Shown here in pieces: positions 47,541 through 57,968 of a stretch of 64,000 bases of DNA. Each line of letters starts with the position of its first letter. Positions within the stretch are counted from its first letter, which is position 1. Source of the stretch: Pseudomonadota bacterium (GTDB lineage: Bacteria > Bdellovibrionota > UBA1018); the NCBI GenBank assembly GCA_027485695.1, contig JAIXQO010000005.1:16358-80357 (forward strand). Reading direction: 5' to 3'. The position numbers were made by a program, and so were the translations under genes. The notes under the pieces were generated by a model. The model worked only from the letters and a program-made list of their open reading frames with translations, was not told the DNA's origin and searched no databases.

Positions 47541-50500
47541 ATGAAGAGATTAGGGGTAGGGGTTTTCGGACTCGCCGTTCTGGCAAGTCTCGCGGGCTGT
47601 TCCAATCAGTCCAATCAAAAAGTACAAAACATCGAAGCCGTCGGCGCCATTGAAAACGCCAGCGGTCCCGCCATCATCCCAGAGGGGCTGAACGGAGAAG
47701 TCATCGACGTCGCAACCGGCAAAAACGGTACGGCAACGATCGGTGAGAACATTCAAACGACGGTGTATAACCGTGGTGGAAAATTGTTCTTCGTCTCCGA
47801 AGGCGTGCTGACCAACGAAGCATTCCTCGCTCTCGGTCAATCGGCAGAATCCAAAGAAGCGTCTTTCAAGCTTCTCGTCGAAGAACTCAAGGCCTCCCAA
47901 GCAGTCATCCTCACGGCGCTCCCGTCGGTCGGCTACTTCAAAGCACTCCTTCCATACGACCAAAACCTTTTCTCGACGGTCGAGAAAAAGGACTTCAGCT
48001 TCCGATTCGTTCTCAATCCGATTCTCTATCAACCCGGTCTCGTGAACGAAATCAAAGAATTCAGCAAAGAGATGAACGCCGAAATCGGTGGCATCGATCT
48101 TTCCCGTACGTCGACCGACGCGTTCAGCGGCCTAGCGCGCATCAAAGCGCCTGAGTTCGTGAATCTCGTCAAACGCGATATCGGCGGAGCGGTTGCGATC
48201 GATGGATCAAATGTCAAAGTCGGCATCACCGACACCGGCATCACTTACAATCACCCGACGTTCGGTTCGGCCGTCACGCCGAGCAAAAACCGCATCACCT
48301 ACATGAAGGAGTTCACCGGCGAAGGCACGATGTACTTCAACTCGGCCGCGAAGTTCAGCTTCAAAGACGGCGCGACGGCGGATCAAGTCCTCGTCACGGG
48401 TGACGTGATCGTGACCCCTTCGCTGCCGGAGATCCCAGTGGCGGACGACTTCGTCACGTTGAAAGACGTTGCTCTCAAAGTAACGGCTGATCAAAAAGCC
48501 TGGATCGTCGCGAATGCAGCGAACATCCGTTTCGGCGTTCTCCTCGAGAAAGTGTTCTCCACCGACGCGGAACCAACCGACATCAATGGTAACGGCAAGA
48601 AAGACGACCAATTCCCGGCGCTCTTCTTGATCGGTGCCACCGAAGCCGACTCCAAAATCCTGGTCGACTTCACGGCTAAGCGCGACTTCACCAGGGCCGT
48701 CACCATCGGCGACTTCAACTCGACGGGCGACCTTGCGAATGTGAAATCCGAAAAAATCGGTTTCCACATCGCGAAAAAAGCCCTCTCGACGAAATCGGGC
48801 GGACCTGCCCTGCTCTTCACGGCTGGCATCGTTGGATTCGATCCAGGCAACCACGGGACTCACGTCGCGGGTATCGCTTCGGGTCTGAAAACGATCGCTA
48901 CCGATACGGCTGCGACGCTTGCTCGTGGTGTCGCTCCGGAATCCTCCATCATGATGAACCGTGTTTGCGCGAACGCCGCTGGTTGTTCCGCATCCGAGGC
49001 CATCATCGACTTGGCCGAAAACGGCGCAGAAGTGATCAACATGTCTCTCGGCGGCCTGAGCCCGTTTAACGACGGCTACTCCTCCCAAGACGTGCTGGTG
49101 AACCGTCTCACGCAACTCCACAACACGACGTTTGTGATCTCGGCCGGCAACAGCGGCCCGGGTAAACAAACGGTCGGAAGCCCATCGGTCGCTCGCCTCT
49201 CGCTCAGCGTGGGCGCAAGCGCATCGCGTGAGCTCATCCGTCGCCAGTACCAATGGAACGGTGGTGGAGCGACGACTCCAGCTGCGGATGACGATTTCAT
49301 GTTGTTCTTCAGCTCTCGCGGACCAACCGCGAACGGTGGATTCAAGCCGAGCGTTTCCGCTCCAGGCACTGAGCTCAGCTCCATTCAGCTGAACTCACCT
49401 GAAGGCGTGCGCGCGGGTCTCGATATCTACTGGGGTACTTCGATGGCTGCTCCAACGGCGACGGGTGCTTATGCACTCCTCCTCGACGGCGTGAAGAAGT
49501 ACAACGATCGTTTCCCAACGAATAAACTCCCATCGGATGCAAAAACGCTCCGCGAAGTCCTGATTTCTTCGGCTCGTCCATTTGACGTCAGCCGATTTGA
49601 TCCGGAAACCGGCGCCAAGTTGACCGGTCAGTACACTTGGATTGACCAAGGTACCGGCATGATCGACCTCGTGGCCGCTTGGAACGAACTCAAGCGCATC
49701 CGCGATGATTCGCTCCCGACTCGCGAAGGCGATGTTGGAACGTCTCTCGATTACCAAGTCATCACCTCGTTCTCGAATCCGAACGGCATCGCATACGACG
49801 GCAGCCGTTTGAATTCTCGCCGCGAGGGCATCTTCGGCGGAGGGGTCTACCTCTCGGCTGGGGATACCTACAAGCTGGTTCCAGTGCATGTCTCTCGTAA
49901 ACTCCCGATCAATGTCGCAGCCGCTGATGACGGCACGCTTGCACGCAAGCTCGTCACCTCGGCTGAGGAGTTCACGCTCAAGACCGTCTACTACGGTTCC
50001 GACAAGCCTTGGCTCAAAGTCGGCGTCCGTAACCAAGTCGACTGCATGAGCAGCGAAACCGCACCACTCACCGTTCTCGGTCGTGGTGTCGAGATCGCTT
50101 ACGATGCAACCGGCAAGGCTTCGATCAACGCATCGAACGCTGGAACGCTCAACTTGTGCGTGGATCGCCTCAAGATCCGCAACGAATTGAGCCCAGGCGA
50201 TCACGGCGCGCTGATCTTCGCGTACGCTACCCAAGGCGGCAAAATCGCTCCGGTTCCTTCGTTCATCGTTCCGGTCTACTTGAACGTTCCGCACCAAGTG
50301 CTCGAAGGTTCAACGGGCTACGAGATCACGAAGACCGTTCGCGGTTTCGGCGTCGATCGAAACTACGTTCAGATCCCAGCTGGTACGGGTCTCGTCAAAG
50401 TGACTCTCGAAGTCCCGGAAGCGAAACCTGTTCTCGATCGCTTTGGCAAAGTCGCGGAATACACACAGTGTTCCGGGATCGAGCTCATGAGCCTCGAGGG

Positions 50501-51389
50501 CGTAAACACGGCTAAATCGTTCGCCGCCCGCGCCGCAGCTCGAGTCAAGAGCTGTGAACTGGATGGCAACAAATCCCGAGACTCCGCTCGTACGCTCACG
50601 TTCACTCGTGTAGCGCCGACTGCGGGCGTTTGGGATCTGCATGTGTTTGGTCAGTACCAGTACTCGGAATCCGGTTACAAACTCCGTGTCGACTACGTGA
50701 ATGCTCAACCGAGCGTCGCTAAGATCGAAGGACTTGTTCCTGCTCTGAATGGAACGCTCGACTTCAATATCGTCTCCGCCTCATTCCCGATCACGATGGC
50801 TCGTGGCTTAAGCAGCTACGAACTCACCGGACTCAGAAACGAAGTGAAGACCAAGGTCGCCAACAAATCCCAACTGATCGTTAAGAGCCCACTCGGTGAG
50901 CTCCGCGCATACCCTGCCGGAACGCAATCCGTGGTGATCACGACGGCCGGCTCCCCAGGCAACGACATTGACCTTGCGGTCATCGGTTGCCCGGCGGGTG
51001 TCACCTCTCCATCTGACCCTCGCTGTCAGGTGGTGGGATCGAGCGGTGGCGCTGCTGATGACGAACGCGTTCAGTTCACTCCAGTACCGAATGCCGTCTA
51101 CGCGGTTCGCGTCGATGGTTACGAGGTCAAGGATCAAGGCAATTTCGTTTCCACTGAGAGCATCTCTCTCGGTAAGGAACTCGGAACGCTTTCGATCTCG
51201 GGCAGTGGTTCGATTTTCAAAGTCGACTACGCGTTCGCCGATCTCGCCAAGAGCGCGCTCTTGAACTCGCCTCTCTTCACTTCGAAACAGTGTTCGGTGA
51301 CGGGTGCCATCTCGCTCAAAGGCGATGACGACTCCGTGATCGGCGCAGTTCCAGTGGAAATCACTTCCGGAGATGGCTCTGCACCTTGA
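47541..51389 (+). CDS. Large S8 subtilisin-like serine protease (TPP II-like D-H insert) with PPC domains, lipoprotein
   Basis: Lipobox LAGC; triad ITDTG, HGTHVAG, GTSMAAP; SAGNSGPG; FSSRGP; C-terminal DIDLAV...YAVRVDGY. Confidence 0.93.
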   Translation: MKRLGVGVFGLAVLASLAGCSNQSNQKVQNIEAVGAIENASGPAIIPEGLNGEVIDVATGKNGTATIGENIQTTVYNRGGKLFFVSEGVLTNEAFLALGQSAESKEASFKLLVEELKASQAVILTALPSVGYFKALLPYDQNLFSTVEKKDFSFRFVLNPILYQPGLVNEIKEFSKEMNAEIGGIDLSRTSTDAFSGLARIKAPEFVNLVKRDIGGAVAIDGSNVKVGITDTGITYNHPTFGSAVTPSKNRITYMKEFTGEGTMYFNSAAKFSFKDGATADQVLVTGDVIVTPSLPEIPVADDFVTLKDVALKVTADQKAWIVANAANIRFGVLLEKVFSTDAEPTDINGNGKKDDQFPALFLIGATEADSKILVDFTAKRDFTRAVTIGDFNSTGDLANVKSEKIGFHIAKKALSTKSGGPALLFTAGIVGFDPGNHGTHVAGIASGLKTIATDTAATLARGVAPESSIMMNRVCANAAGCSASEAIIDLAENGAEVINMSLGGLSPFNDGYSSQDVLVNRLTQLHNTTFVISAGNSGPGKQTVGSPSVARLSLSVGASASRELIRRQYQWNGGGATTPAADDDFMLFFSSRGPTANGGFKPSVSAPGTELSSIQLNSPEGVRAGLDIYWGTSMAAPTATGAYALLLDGVKKYNDRFPTNKLPSDAKTLREVLISSARPFDVSRFDPETGAKLTGQYTWIDQGTGMIDLVAAWNELKRIRDDSLPTREGDVGTSLDYQVITSFSNPNGIAYDGSRLNSRREGIFGGGVYLSAGDTYKLVPVHVSRKLPINVAAADDGTLARKLVTSAEEFTLKTVYYGSDKPWLKVGVRNQVDCMSSETAPLTVLGRGVEIAYDATGKASINASNAGTLNLCVDRLKIRNELSPGDHGALIFAYATQGGKIAPVPSFIVPVYLNVPHQVLEGSTGYEITKTVRGFGVDRNYVQIPAGTGLVKVTLEVPEAKPVLDRFGKVAEYTQCSGIELMSLEGVNTAKSFAARAAARVKSCELDGNKSRDSARTLTFTRVAPTAGVWDLHVFGQYQYSESGYKLRVDYVNAQPSVAKIEGLVPALNGTLDFNIVSASFPITMARGLSSYELTGLRNEVKTKVANKSQLIVKSPLGELRAYPAGTQSVVITTAGSPGNDIDLAVIGCPAGVTSPSDPRCQVVGSSGGAADDERVQFTPVPNAVYAVRVDGYEVKDQGNFVSTESISLGKELGTLSISGSGSIFKVDYAFADLAKSALLNSPLFTSKQCSVTGAISLKGDDDSVIGAVPVEITSGDGSAP

Positions 51390-51449
51390 TGCGCGGACCC
51401 ACCTCCGAAGGCTAGGCACTCTCCGCAGTTGATCGTGCACTAGCCTCTC

Positions 51450-51489
51450 AAAGCCACGATTTTCGGGAAACCGAGGATCGTGGCTTTTT
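51450..51489 (+). terminator. Intrinsic terminator
   Basis: AAAGCCACGAT...ATCGTGGCTTTTT. Confidence 0.85.
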
Positions 51490-51497
51490 AGTTTATT

Positions 51498-51530
51498 CGG
51501 CCCGTCCAGGCACAGACCCCTTCGGGCGCG
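51498..51530. repeat. Short REP-like element, copy 1
   Basis: CGGCCCGTCC...CCCTTCGGGC, similar to 55424-55465. Confidence 0.35.
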
Positions 51531-51713
51531 TTCCGCGATGGCGTCAATCGTTCGTCATTTACAATATTTACGGTGAGCGTAAAAAACGTAAACGTGCTTA
51601 TAAAAAATCCGGTGAGACTATTTTCTGCCATTCATTGAAACGACGAAAATTGCAGAGATAGAAACTGTAAAATCCAATACCGTTTCAAATCAAATACTCG
51701 CATTCTGTAAATC

Positions 51714-52244
51714 ATGGACACTCATTTCCGTATCGCCGAACTCGGCGACATTGATGCCCTTTTGACACTCATCCATTCCGCCTATCGCGGAGACTCCAGC
51801 CGCCAGGGATGGACCCACGAGGCCGATCTCCTCGACGGTCAGCGAACGGACGTCGACGAACTCCGCAAAAAAATCACTGATGAGAATGCCGTATTTTATG
51901 TGATCGAATCCGAAGGCGAGCTCCTGGCTTGCACTTGTCTCGAGAAGAAATCCGAAACCACTGGCTACCTCGGCATGGTCACCGTAAGACCTGACCTCCA
52001 GGCCGCGGGACTCGGACGCAAACTCCTCGAACAAGCCGAAGTTTATGCCCGTGAGCATTTTCACCTTCGTGAAATTGAAATGACGGTCATCGATTCACGA
52101 TCCGAGCTCATCGCGTGGTACGAACGCCGAGGCTACAAACGCACGGGAGAGACTCGTCCGTTTCCGATGAATGATCCGAGAGCGGGTATTGTGCTCGTCG
52201 AGCATCTTCAATTTGTGGTGCTCTCCAAGGAAGTAGCAAATTAG
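51714..52244 (+). CDS. GNAT-family N-acetyltransferase
   Basis: SAYRG..GWTHEA, VRPDLQAAGLG, WYERRGY. Confidence 0.93.
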   Translation: MDTHFRIAELGDIDALLTLIHSAYRGDSSRQGWTHEADLLDGQRTDVDELRKKITDENAVFYVIESEGELLACTCLEKKSETTGYLGMVTVRPDLQAAGLGRKLLEQAEVYAREHFHLREIEMTVIDSRSELIAWYERRGYKRTGETRPFPMNDPRAGIVLVEHLQFVVLSKEVAN

Positions 52245-52252
52245 GCTCTAAA

Positions 52253-52546
52253 CTAGGGGCATAATCCACGTAGCCCAACGATGAAATCGCTTCCGGGATT
52301 TTCATTTGCCGATCGATAAGCTTGCTCAATAAGATCGATTTGAGCCCACTCAGGGAGAGACTCGAAAGACTGAAATATTACTGGATCGTTTTGAATCATT
52401 TCCGCTTTGAACCTTGAATAGAGAGGATCACTCTTCAGTACTACAATTCGGCTTTTTTGCACTACACTGGTGCAAGTCAAATCTGCCGTACTGCTATTGA
52501 CGTAAAAAAATCCGTAAACTAGGAACAGTACTATTGTTTTAAACAT
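52253..52546 (-). CDS. Small secreted hypothetical protein (AT-rich islet)
   Basis: Signal peptide; overlaps the upstream gene end. Confidence 0.6.
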   Translation of the reverse strand: MFKTIVLFLVYGFFYVNSSTADLTCTSVVQKSRIVVLKSDPLYSRFKAEMIQNDPVIFQSFESLPEWAQIDLIEQAYRSANENPGSDFIVGLRGLCP

Positions 52547-53925
52547 CCGACTTTCTCCAAAAACAAACGTACTTTTTTTCCTTCTAACGACTCTTCCAGA
52601 GCTATCCTCTTGACGCTAAGCGGAAGATTCCGTCTATCTGCCATCGCCAATTCCACGTCACCTTCGATTTCTGCGAATAAGTCATTTGAATGATCAATTT
52701 TCTCTAGAGCTTGTCGGCTACTGACTGGACCAAGTTCGGCTATTCTATTTGCGATTCTCATTTCAGAAATATTTTCTGACTGCGGACCTGTGCCAAACAA
52801 AGCCCGAGTAACCAGGCGTCTATTGTTTCGAAAGGCATTATCAAGGTGTGGCCGTGATTGAAAAAAAGTTGGAATTCCGGAGCTCATTGCCATCGTACCA
52901 AGTGTCAATCCACCAGAAAATACTGCATCAAACTCGCTGATACTTTCGATGAATTGTAGAATGCGTAGCCTAGGTATTACCTCCACGGTTACAGAAGAAG
53001 ATTTGAACTTGTGTGAAAAACGGCGAGATTCTAGATAAGCTCGATCTTTGTCGGTGGAAACGTAAAATACTATTCTTCGACCGGCACTCCAACGCAAATT
53101 AAAGTCTATAAAGTTGTCAATCTTTTCTAAATTATCATCGTAAAAGCTATCTAGAGGCCCACTTGGATTTATGAGCACCCGCCATTGTGGGGCCGGTATG
53201 TGATCAGGTGCAGACTTAAAGAAATAAAAATAGCTATTTCGAGCGCCAGTACTCAGTGACAATCCGCTCATCCCTTTAGGACCATACGAACGTGCCGATA
53301 GAGCTCGTATCTTACCAATCGAATCTACACTCTTGCTCGCATAGTCCTCACTAGTGATCCAATCACGGGCAAATGAAGAGATTCGGTCGAGAAACTCACT
53401 ATTATATTTGGAAACAGTCAAGTCAACCTCCGGAAAGATCGACGTTACTACTCCTATCGCGGCACTAAACCCTATCCTTCTTGCTTTGTCTTCGGTTATC
53501 CAGGGTATTTCTCGTCCCCGAATATTGAAAATTCCTGAGTCACTACCTAAAATTCCATAAAAGCTAAAAACCTTTTCATAAGCCTCAACGGGGTATTTCT
53601 TCATCTCTTCGTTGAGCTCTGATGCAATTAGTGCTTTGCCTTTTGGATGTAGATAATTTCGTACGAACCAATTCTTGTTACGAGCGCGAACTTCTTCTGT
53701 TTTACGGTAACGAAAAATGCCTTCGCTCTCGGGATTAATGATGATGCAAATACGTCTGGATGGGCTCAATCGATAAACGAGTTCGCGTAAAGTAAGAGCA
53801 TTTGCACCTAAATCACCTACTCCGTCCATGAGAACATTTCCAGACATCACCGCTACATCGCACGGAAATTGGGCGCTCGCAGAAGTCGCAAAGCCAAAAA
53901 AGATTAAAATGAAGCTAAGGCGCAT
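52531..53925 (-). CDS. Secreted hypothetical protein, possible GT-B glycosyltransferase fold (AT-rich islet)
   Basis: Signal peptide ending SASA; DGVGDLG near the N-terminus; DAVFSGGLTLGTMAMSSGIPTFF resembles a GT-B donor-binding motif. Confidence 0.6.
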   Translation of the reverse strand: MRLSFILIFFGFATSASAQFPCDVAVMSGNVLMDGVGDLGANALTLRELVYRLSPSRRICIIINPESEGIFRYRKTEEVRARNKNWFVRNYLHPKGKALIASELNEEMKKYPVEAYEKVFSFYGILGSDSGIFNIRGREIPWITEDKARRIGFSAAIGVVTSIFPEVDLTVSKYNSEFLDRISSFARDWITSEDYASKSVDSIGKIRALSARSYGPKGMSGLSLSTGARNSYFYFFKSAPDHIPAPQWRVLINPSGPLDSFYDDNLEKIDNFIDFNLRWSAGRRIVFYVSTDKDRAYLESRRFSHKFKSSSVTVEVIPRLRILQFIESISEFDAVFSGGLTLGTMAMSSGIPTFFQSRPHLDNAFRNNRRLVTRALFGTGPQSENISEMRIANRIAELGPVSSRQALEKIDHSNDLFAEIEGDVELAMADRRNLPLSVKRIALEESLEGKKVRLFLEKVGCLKQ

Positions 53926-54281
53926 TCCTACCCTGTTCGTCAGGACCAAAGGCCCCTTTTGAAATTATCGCTCCTTCTAGGCTAAATTAAAGTAAATTGA
54001 GAAATAAACATTCTGACAAATGACCCGACAGGCAGAGACAGGCTAGAAAAAAATTTACACTTAGTCGCGGGAAAAAAGGGCGTCGAAAAATACGTCAATT
54101 AGCCGTGTCATTTGTTTGACGATCAAATCCCTGGCGCCCATTCGCAGATCTCTTCTCTATAGTCTAGGTATTTATCTGCAGGCGTGGGGAGCAGACGTGT
54201 CGAATTCACCTTGTCAATCGGGCCAACCCCAAACAAACTTAAACTTCAGCAGTACAACAACAACATACGTGAGGAATACAG

Positions 54282-54758
54282 ATGCGACAGCATTTATGGA
54301 CGATTTGCGCCGTACTCGCACTGGGCTTGGGAGCAAGCTCGGCGATGGCAGATAGCTTTGGCATGGCAGGTTGCGGACTTGGATCGATGTTGATCCAGTC
54401 CAACGGCAAAGAGCAGATCTTTGTAGCAACGACGAACGGTACCTCGGGTAGCCAAACCTTCGGTATCACCTCGGGCACCTCGAACTGCAAAGACGACGCA
54501 GCGACCGTTGCCGCGATGTACATCTCGGTGAACCAAGAAGCGCTCAAGCGCGATATCGCTCGTGGAAACGGCGAATCGATCTCGGGTCTCGCTTCGATCT
54601 TGAACTGCAGCGACTCCGATGCTCTCGGAACGAACCTGCAGAAAAATTTCGGCGAAATTTTTCAAACCACGATCTCCGATTCCAAAGCTGTCGCGACGCA
54701 AATCCGCCAGTCTGTGTATTCGGATGCTTCGCTTTCCAGCACTTGCAAAGCAATCTAA
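54282..54758 (+). CDS. DUF3015-family secreted protein
   Basis: GMAGCGLG, ATTNGT..QTFGITSGTSNC, DIARGNGE. Confidence 0.88.
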   Translation: MRQHLWTICAVLALGLGASSAMADSFGMAGCGLGSMLIQSNGKEQIFVATTNGTSGSQTFGITSGTSNCKDDAATVAAMYISVNQEALKRDIARGNGESISGLASILNCSDSDALGTNLQKNFGEIFQTTISDSKAVATQIRQSVYSDASLSSTCKAI

Positions 54759-54776
54759 GGGCTCAGGAGAATACAC

Positions 54777-55358
54777 ATGAAAAAAATCATTCTTTTGGCA
54801 CTCGTGGCAATCGTCTCCATCAACTCCGAAGCTGCTGAGAAAAAACCAGCTGCTCGCCCAGCCGCACGTCCAGCTACTGCAGCTGCTCGCCCGATGGCAT
54901 CGTCTCCAGCTCCTTCCGCTCCGAAGCGTTCGTTCGCAAGGAAGTACGGAACGGCCGGTTGCGGTCTCGGTAACTTGGTTTTCGGAAAAGACAATCAAGT
55001 TCTCGCAGCTACCACCAACGGTTCGACGTACAGCCAGCTCTTCGGTATCACCTTCGGCACGCTCAATTGCGAAGGCGGAAACCTCTTCACAACGGCAGAA
55101 AACATGGACCGTTTCATGATCACGAACAAAGTCGCTGCGGCTGACTCCATTGCTCGTGGCGAAGGCGAAGTCATCACGACTCTCGCATCGCTCATGAACT
55201 GCTCCGCTCAAGAAGCTCGCCTGGGTTCGGCTCTTCAGTCCGAATTCAAAACGATCTTCCCTAAGCACGACGTTCCAGCTGGCGAAATCACGGATAACAT
55301 CCTGACCGTCGTCGGTAACGATGCTGCTCTTGCTCAAGCTTGTAACGTTCAGATCTAA
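54777..55358 (+). CDS. DUF3015-family secreted protein (tandem paralog)
   Basis: YGTAGCGLG, ATTNGS..QLFGITFGTLNC, IARGEGE; Pro/Ala-rich linker. Confidence 0.88.
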   Translation: MKKIILLALVAIVSINSEAAEKKPAARPAARPATAAARPMASSPAPSAPKRSFARKYGTAGCGLGNLVFGKDNQVLAATTNGSTYSQLFGITFGTLNCEGGNLFTTAENMDRFMITNKVAAADSIARGEGEVITTLASLMNCSAQEARLGSALQSEFKTIFPKHDVPAGEITDNILTVVGNDAALAQACNVQI

Positions 55359-55382
55359 TCGATCGCGAACGAATCAGATGAT

Positions 55383-55419
55383 AGGCCCGGTCTCGAAAGA
55401 GATCGGGCCTTTTTATTTT
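55383..55419 (+). terminator. Intrinsic terminator
   Basis: AGGCCCGGTCTC-GAAA-GAGATCGGGCCT-TTTATTTT. Confidence 0.85.
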
Positions 55420-55423
55420 ACAG

Positions 55424-55465
55424 CGGCCCATCCTGGGCCATGCCCTTCGGGCATGGATGCCCGGA
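55424..55465. repeat. Short REP-like element, copy 2
   Basis: GGCCCATCCTGGGCC hairpin plus CATGCCC-TTCG-GGCATG hairpin. Confidence 0.35.
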
Positions 55466-55518
55466 GTAAAATCGACTTTCCTGCCGATTTCTTCTTTTCT
55501 CCCTTACAATAGAAAGAA

Positions 55519-55911
55519 ATGAGCTTCGTACCTCTCGAACAAGAAGAACGAAAAGAAGAAGAATCCGAGATAGAAACCAACTCCCTGAGCCCCAGAGCGC
55601 GGCGAGCTAAAAAGCGTTTCTGGACGGGACTGTTCGTCGCTTCAATCGCATACTCCTATTTCAGGGACTGGAACGAAGAAACCATCCTTTCCTACGTCGC
55701 CGCATCGGTCCTACCCATCACTTTCCTCTACGGGATCGTGTACAAGTACTACGCGCTTTTTGACCGGAAATGCCCGCAGACCAACGAAGATTGGACGTTG
55801 ATTCAGTCCGAAAAAATCCGCTTCGTGCTCTGGGCCCTGTACTTCGCGTTCTTGTCCGTACTTCCTCTCGCGCTGATGAAGTTTTCGGGTAGACTCCCTT
55901 TCGGCGACTAA
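55519..55911 (+). CDS. Small membrane protein (3 TM)
   Basis: Three hydrophobic segments; TACAAT 8 nt before ATG. Confidence 0.7.
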   Translation: MSFVPLEQEERKEEESEIETNSLSPRARRAKKRFWTGLFVASIAYSYFRDWNEETILSYVAASVLPITFLYGIVYKYYALFDRKCPQTNEDWTLIQSEKIRFVLWALYFAFLSVLPLALMKFSGRLPFGD

Positions 55912-55979
55912 CGAATCTTTGATTCTTTTCCGGCCTTTTTCCATTGCCCGCGCTACCACGGCAAACGTAAAACTGTCAC

Positions 55980-57968
55980 ATGCCCCCTTTTCTTCTCGTC
56001 TTGCTGGCGCTTGGCTTGCCGGTTTCTCTGGCCTCCGCATCCGTCGAATCCCTGATCGAGCGGGCAAACACCCTGAAACTCTCTGATTCGCGTGAATGGC
56101 ACCGCACCGTTCAGTACGAACCCAAGAAATGGGGTGGATTCGAGAGCTTAGCCGATGACCCTCGCTATTTCATGAGCGAGGACGGAGCGACGAATCCTCA
56201 AGCGGAACTCGAGGCAACGATTCGTGCATTTTATCAGCCCGTCATCGAAGATCACCTCAAACGCGAGGTCATCACGATCCGTGAAAATCCGAGCCAGGAA
56301 CTGCTCGAAGAAGAAGCCAAACTCCCCCAACATCCGATCTGTCAGTTTCCAGCTCGTTTAAACCTCTTGAAGTCCGTGTTGAACTGGGACGGCGCTGATC
56401 TCCCCAAGATCTCTTGTAACCGGTTCAAACATTTCAAGGATCGTCTCTCTCCGGGCGGAGTCTCACTCGTTTTCTCTTCGTTTTTCCTCGGGAGCCCGAG
56501 CTCAACGTTTGGTCACACCCTTCTTCGGATCCACAACAGTGGACTTCCCACGACGCAAGTCGCAGGGCAAACGACTCGAAGCGAACTCCTTGATACGGGC
56601 GTAAACTACGCGGCGAATCCGACCGTCACTAATCCCATTCTCTATGCATTCTTCGGGCTTGCAGGCCTGTTTCCAGGAACATTCACGGCCGTTCCCTACT
56701 ACCTAAAGGTTCGTGAGTACAACGATCACGAATCACGCGACCTTTGGAGCTATCGACTCAACCTCAGCCCTCAAGAGGTCGAGCGATTAGTCGAGCTTCT
56801 TTGGGAAGTCGGATCCACGCACTACGATTACTACTATTTCACCGAGAACTGCGCGACGCAGATGTTGAACATCCTGGATGCGGCGGCACCTCGCCTCAAC
56901 CTCCGCGCGCAGATCCCCTACTATGTGATTCCGTCCGCGACCGTGCACGCGCTTTTCGCTCAGCCAGGGCTTGTCCTCGAGCGCGGATATCGTCCCTCGG
57001 TTCGACGCGAGTTTTATCACCGCTACGGCAATCTCAAGCCGCAACAAATTCAAGCACTCGACGCGCTCATTGAGCGTAAGCCAACCGATCAGGCACTCGC
57101 ACCACTCACGGATACCGAAAAAGTCGAGACACTCGACACTTGGTCCGATTACATCGAATTCATCCACGGGGACGCGATCAAAAAAGAACAGAGCGACGCG
57201 CTCATCCTCAAGCGCGAATCGCTCGTCGAACGCTCCAAAATTCGTCTCAAGAGCGCACCACTGGGGATGCCACAGCCCGAACTCGAAGCACCGGAGCGAG
57301 CTCACGGAGTTCGCAGATTCCAACTCTCGAGCGGCTATTCCGATCGCTTCAAAGGGTTCGTTTCCATCGACTGGCGATTTGCCATGCACGATATGACGGA
57401 TGCGACTCCCGGCTATCCGCTCAACACGCAGGTCGAGTTTTTTACGGTCAAAGGCACCGTCTACTGGGATCGTCCAAACTTCGAGCTCGAGCAGCTGCGC
57501 ATTTTCGCAATCCAAAGCCTGACGCCGATCAATCGATTCGAGAAACCTAAATCCTATGTCGCCGATCTTCGTTACATCCGCACGACTGATGCCGACTACA
57601 CGGGCAATCAACGTTCCGGTCGTGCCGAGATGAATGTCGGCGGCGGTTACACGATTCCGATCTTGAGCGATCGATATGCCGTAGGCGCAATGGGCGAAAT
57701 CGCCGCGCAATACTCCGCTCAGTTCCTCGGATCGAACGTTCGATTGGCGGCCGGACCGCGCGCCTACGCACTTCTCAACTTCTCTCACCACTGGAAATGG
57801 TTGATGGAGTACAAGCCTGAATGGCGACTCCTCAGCTCGAGCTCCTATCACTGGACGGCTTCGACGGAGATGAAATACTCGTTTGGAAAATCCTTCGCTA
57901 CCAGCGCGAACTACCTGCATTCCCGACAAGAGGAGCGCTCCAGCCTTGCGATACAATGGTATTTCTAA
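55980..57968 (+). CDS. DUF4105 (Lnb N-terminal-like) domain protein with C-terminal outer-membrane beta-barrel
   Basis: CQFPAR, SSTFGHTLLR, ESRDLWSY.LNL, YYYFTENCA; terminal QWYF. Confidence 0.85.
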   Translation: MPPFLLVLLALGLPVSLASASVESLIERANTLKLSDSREWHRTVQYEPKKWGGFESLADDPRYFMSEDGATNPQAELEATIRAFYQPVIEDHLKREVITIRENPSQELLEEEAKLPQHPICQFPARLNLLKSVLNWDGADLPKISCNRFKHFKDRLSPGGVSLVFSSFFLGSPSSTFGHTLLRIHNSGLPTTQVAGQTTRSELLDTGVNYAANPTVTNPILYAFFGLAGLFPGTFTAVPYYLKVREYNDHESRDLWSYRLNLSPQEVERLVELLWEVGSTHYDYYYFTENCATQMLNILDAAAPRLNLRAQIPYYVIPSATVHALFAQPGLVLERGYRPSVRREFYHRYGNLKPQQIQALDALIERKPTDQALAPLTDTEKVETLDTWSDYIEFIHGDAIKKEQSDALILKRESLVERSKIRLKSAPLGMPQPELEAPERAHGVRRFQLSSGYSDRFKGFVSIDWRFAMHDMTDATPGYPLNTQVEFFTVKGTVYWDRPNFELEQLRIFAIQSLTPINRFEKPKSYVADLRYIRTTDADYTGNQRSGRAEMNVGGGYTIPILSDRYAVGAMGEIAAQYSAQFLGSNVRLAAGPRAYALLNFSHHWKWLMEYKPEWRLLSSSSYHWTASTEMKYSFGKSFATSANYLHSRQEERSSLAIQWYF

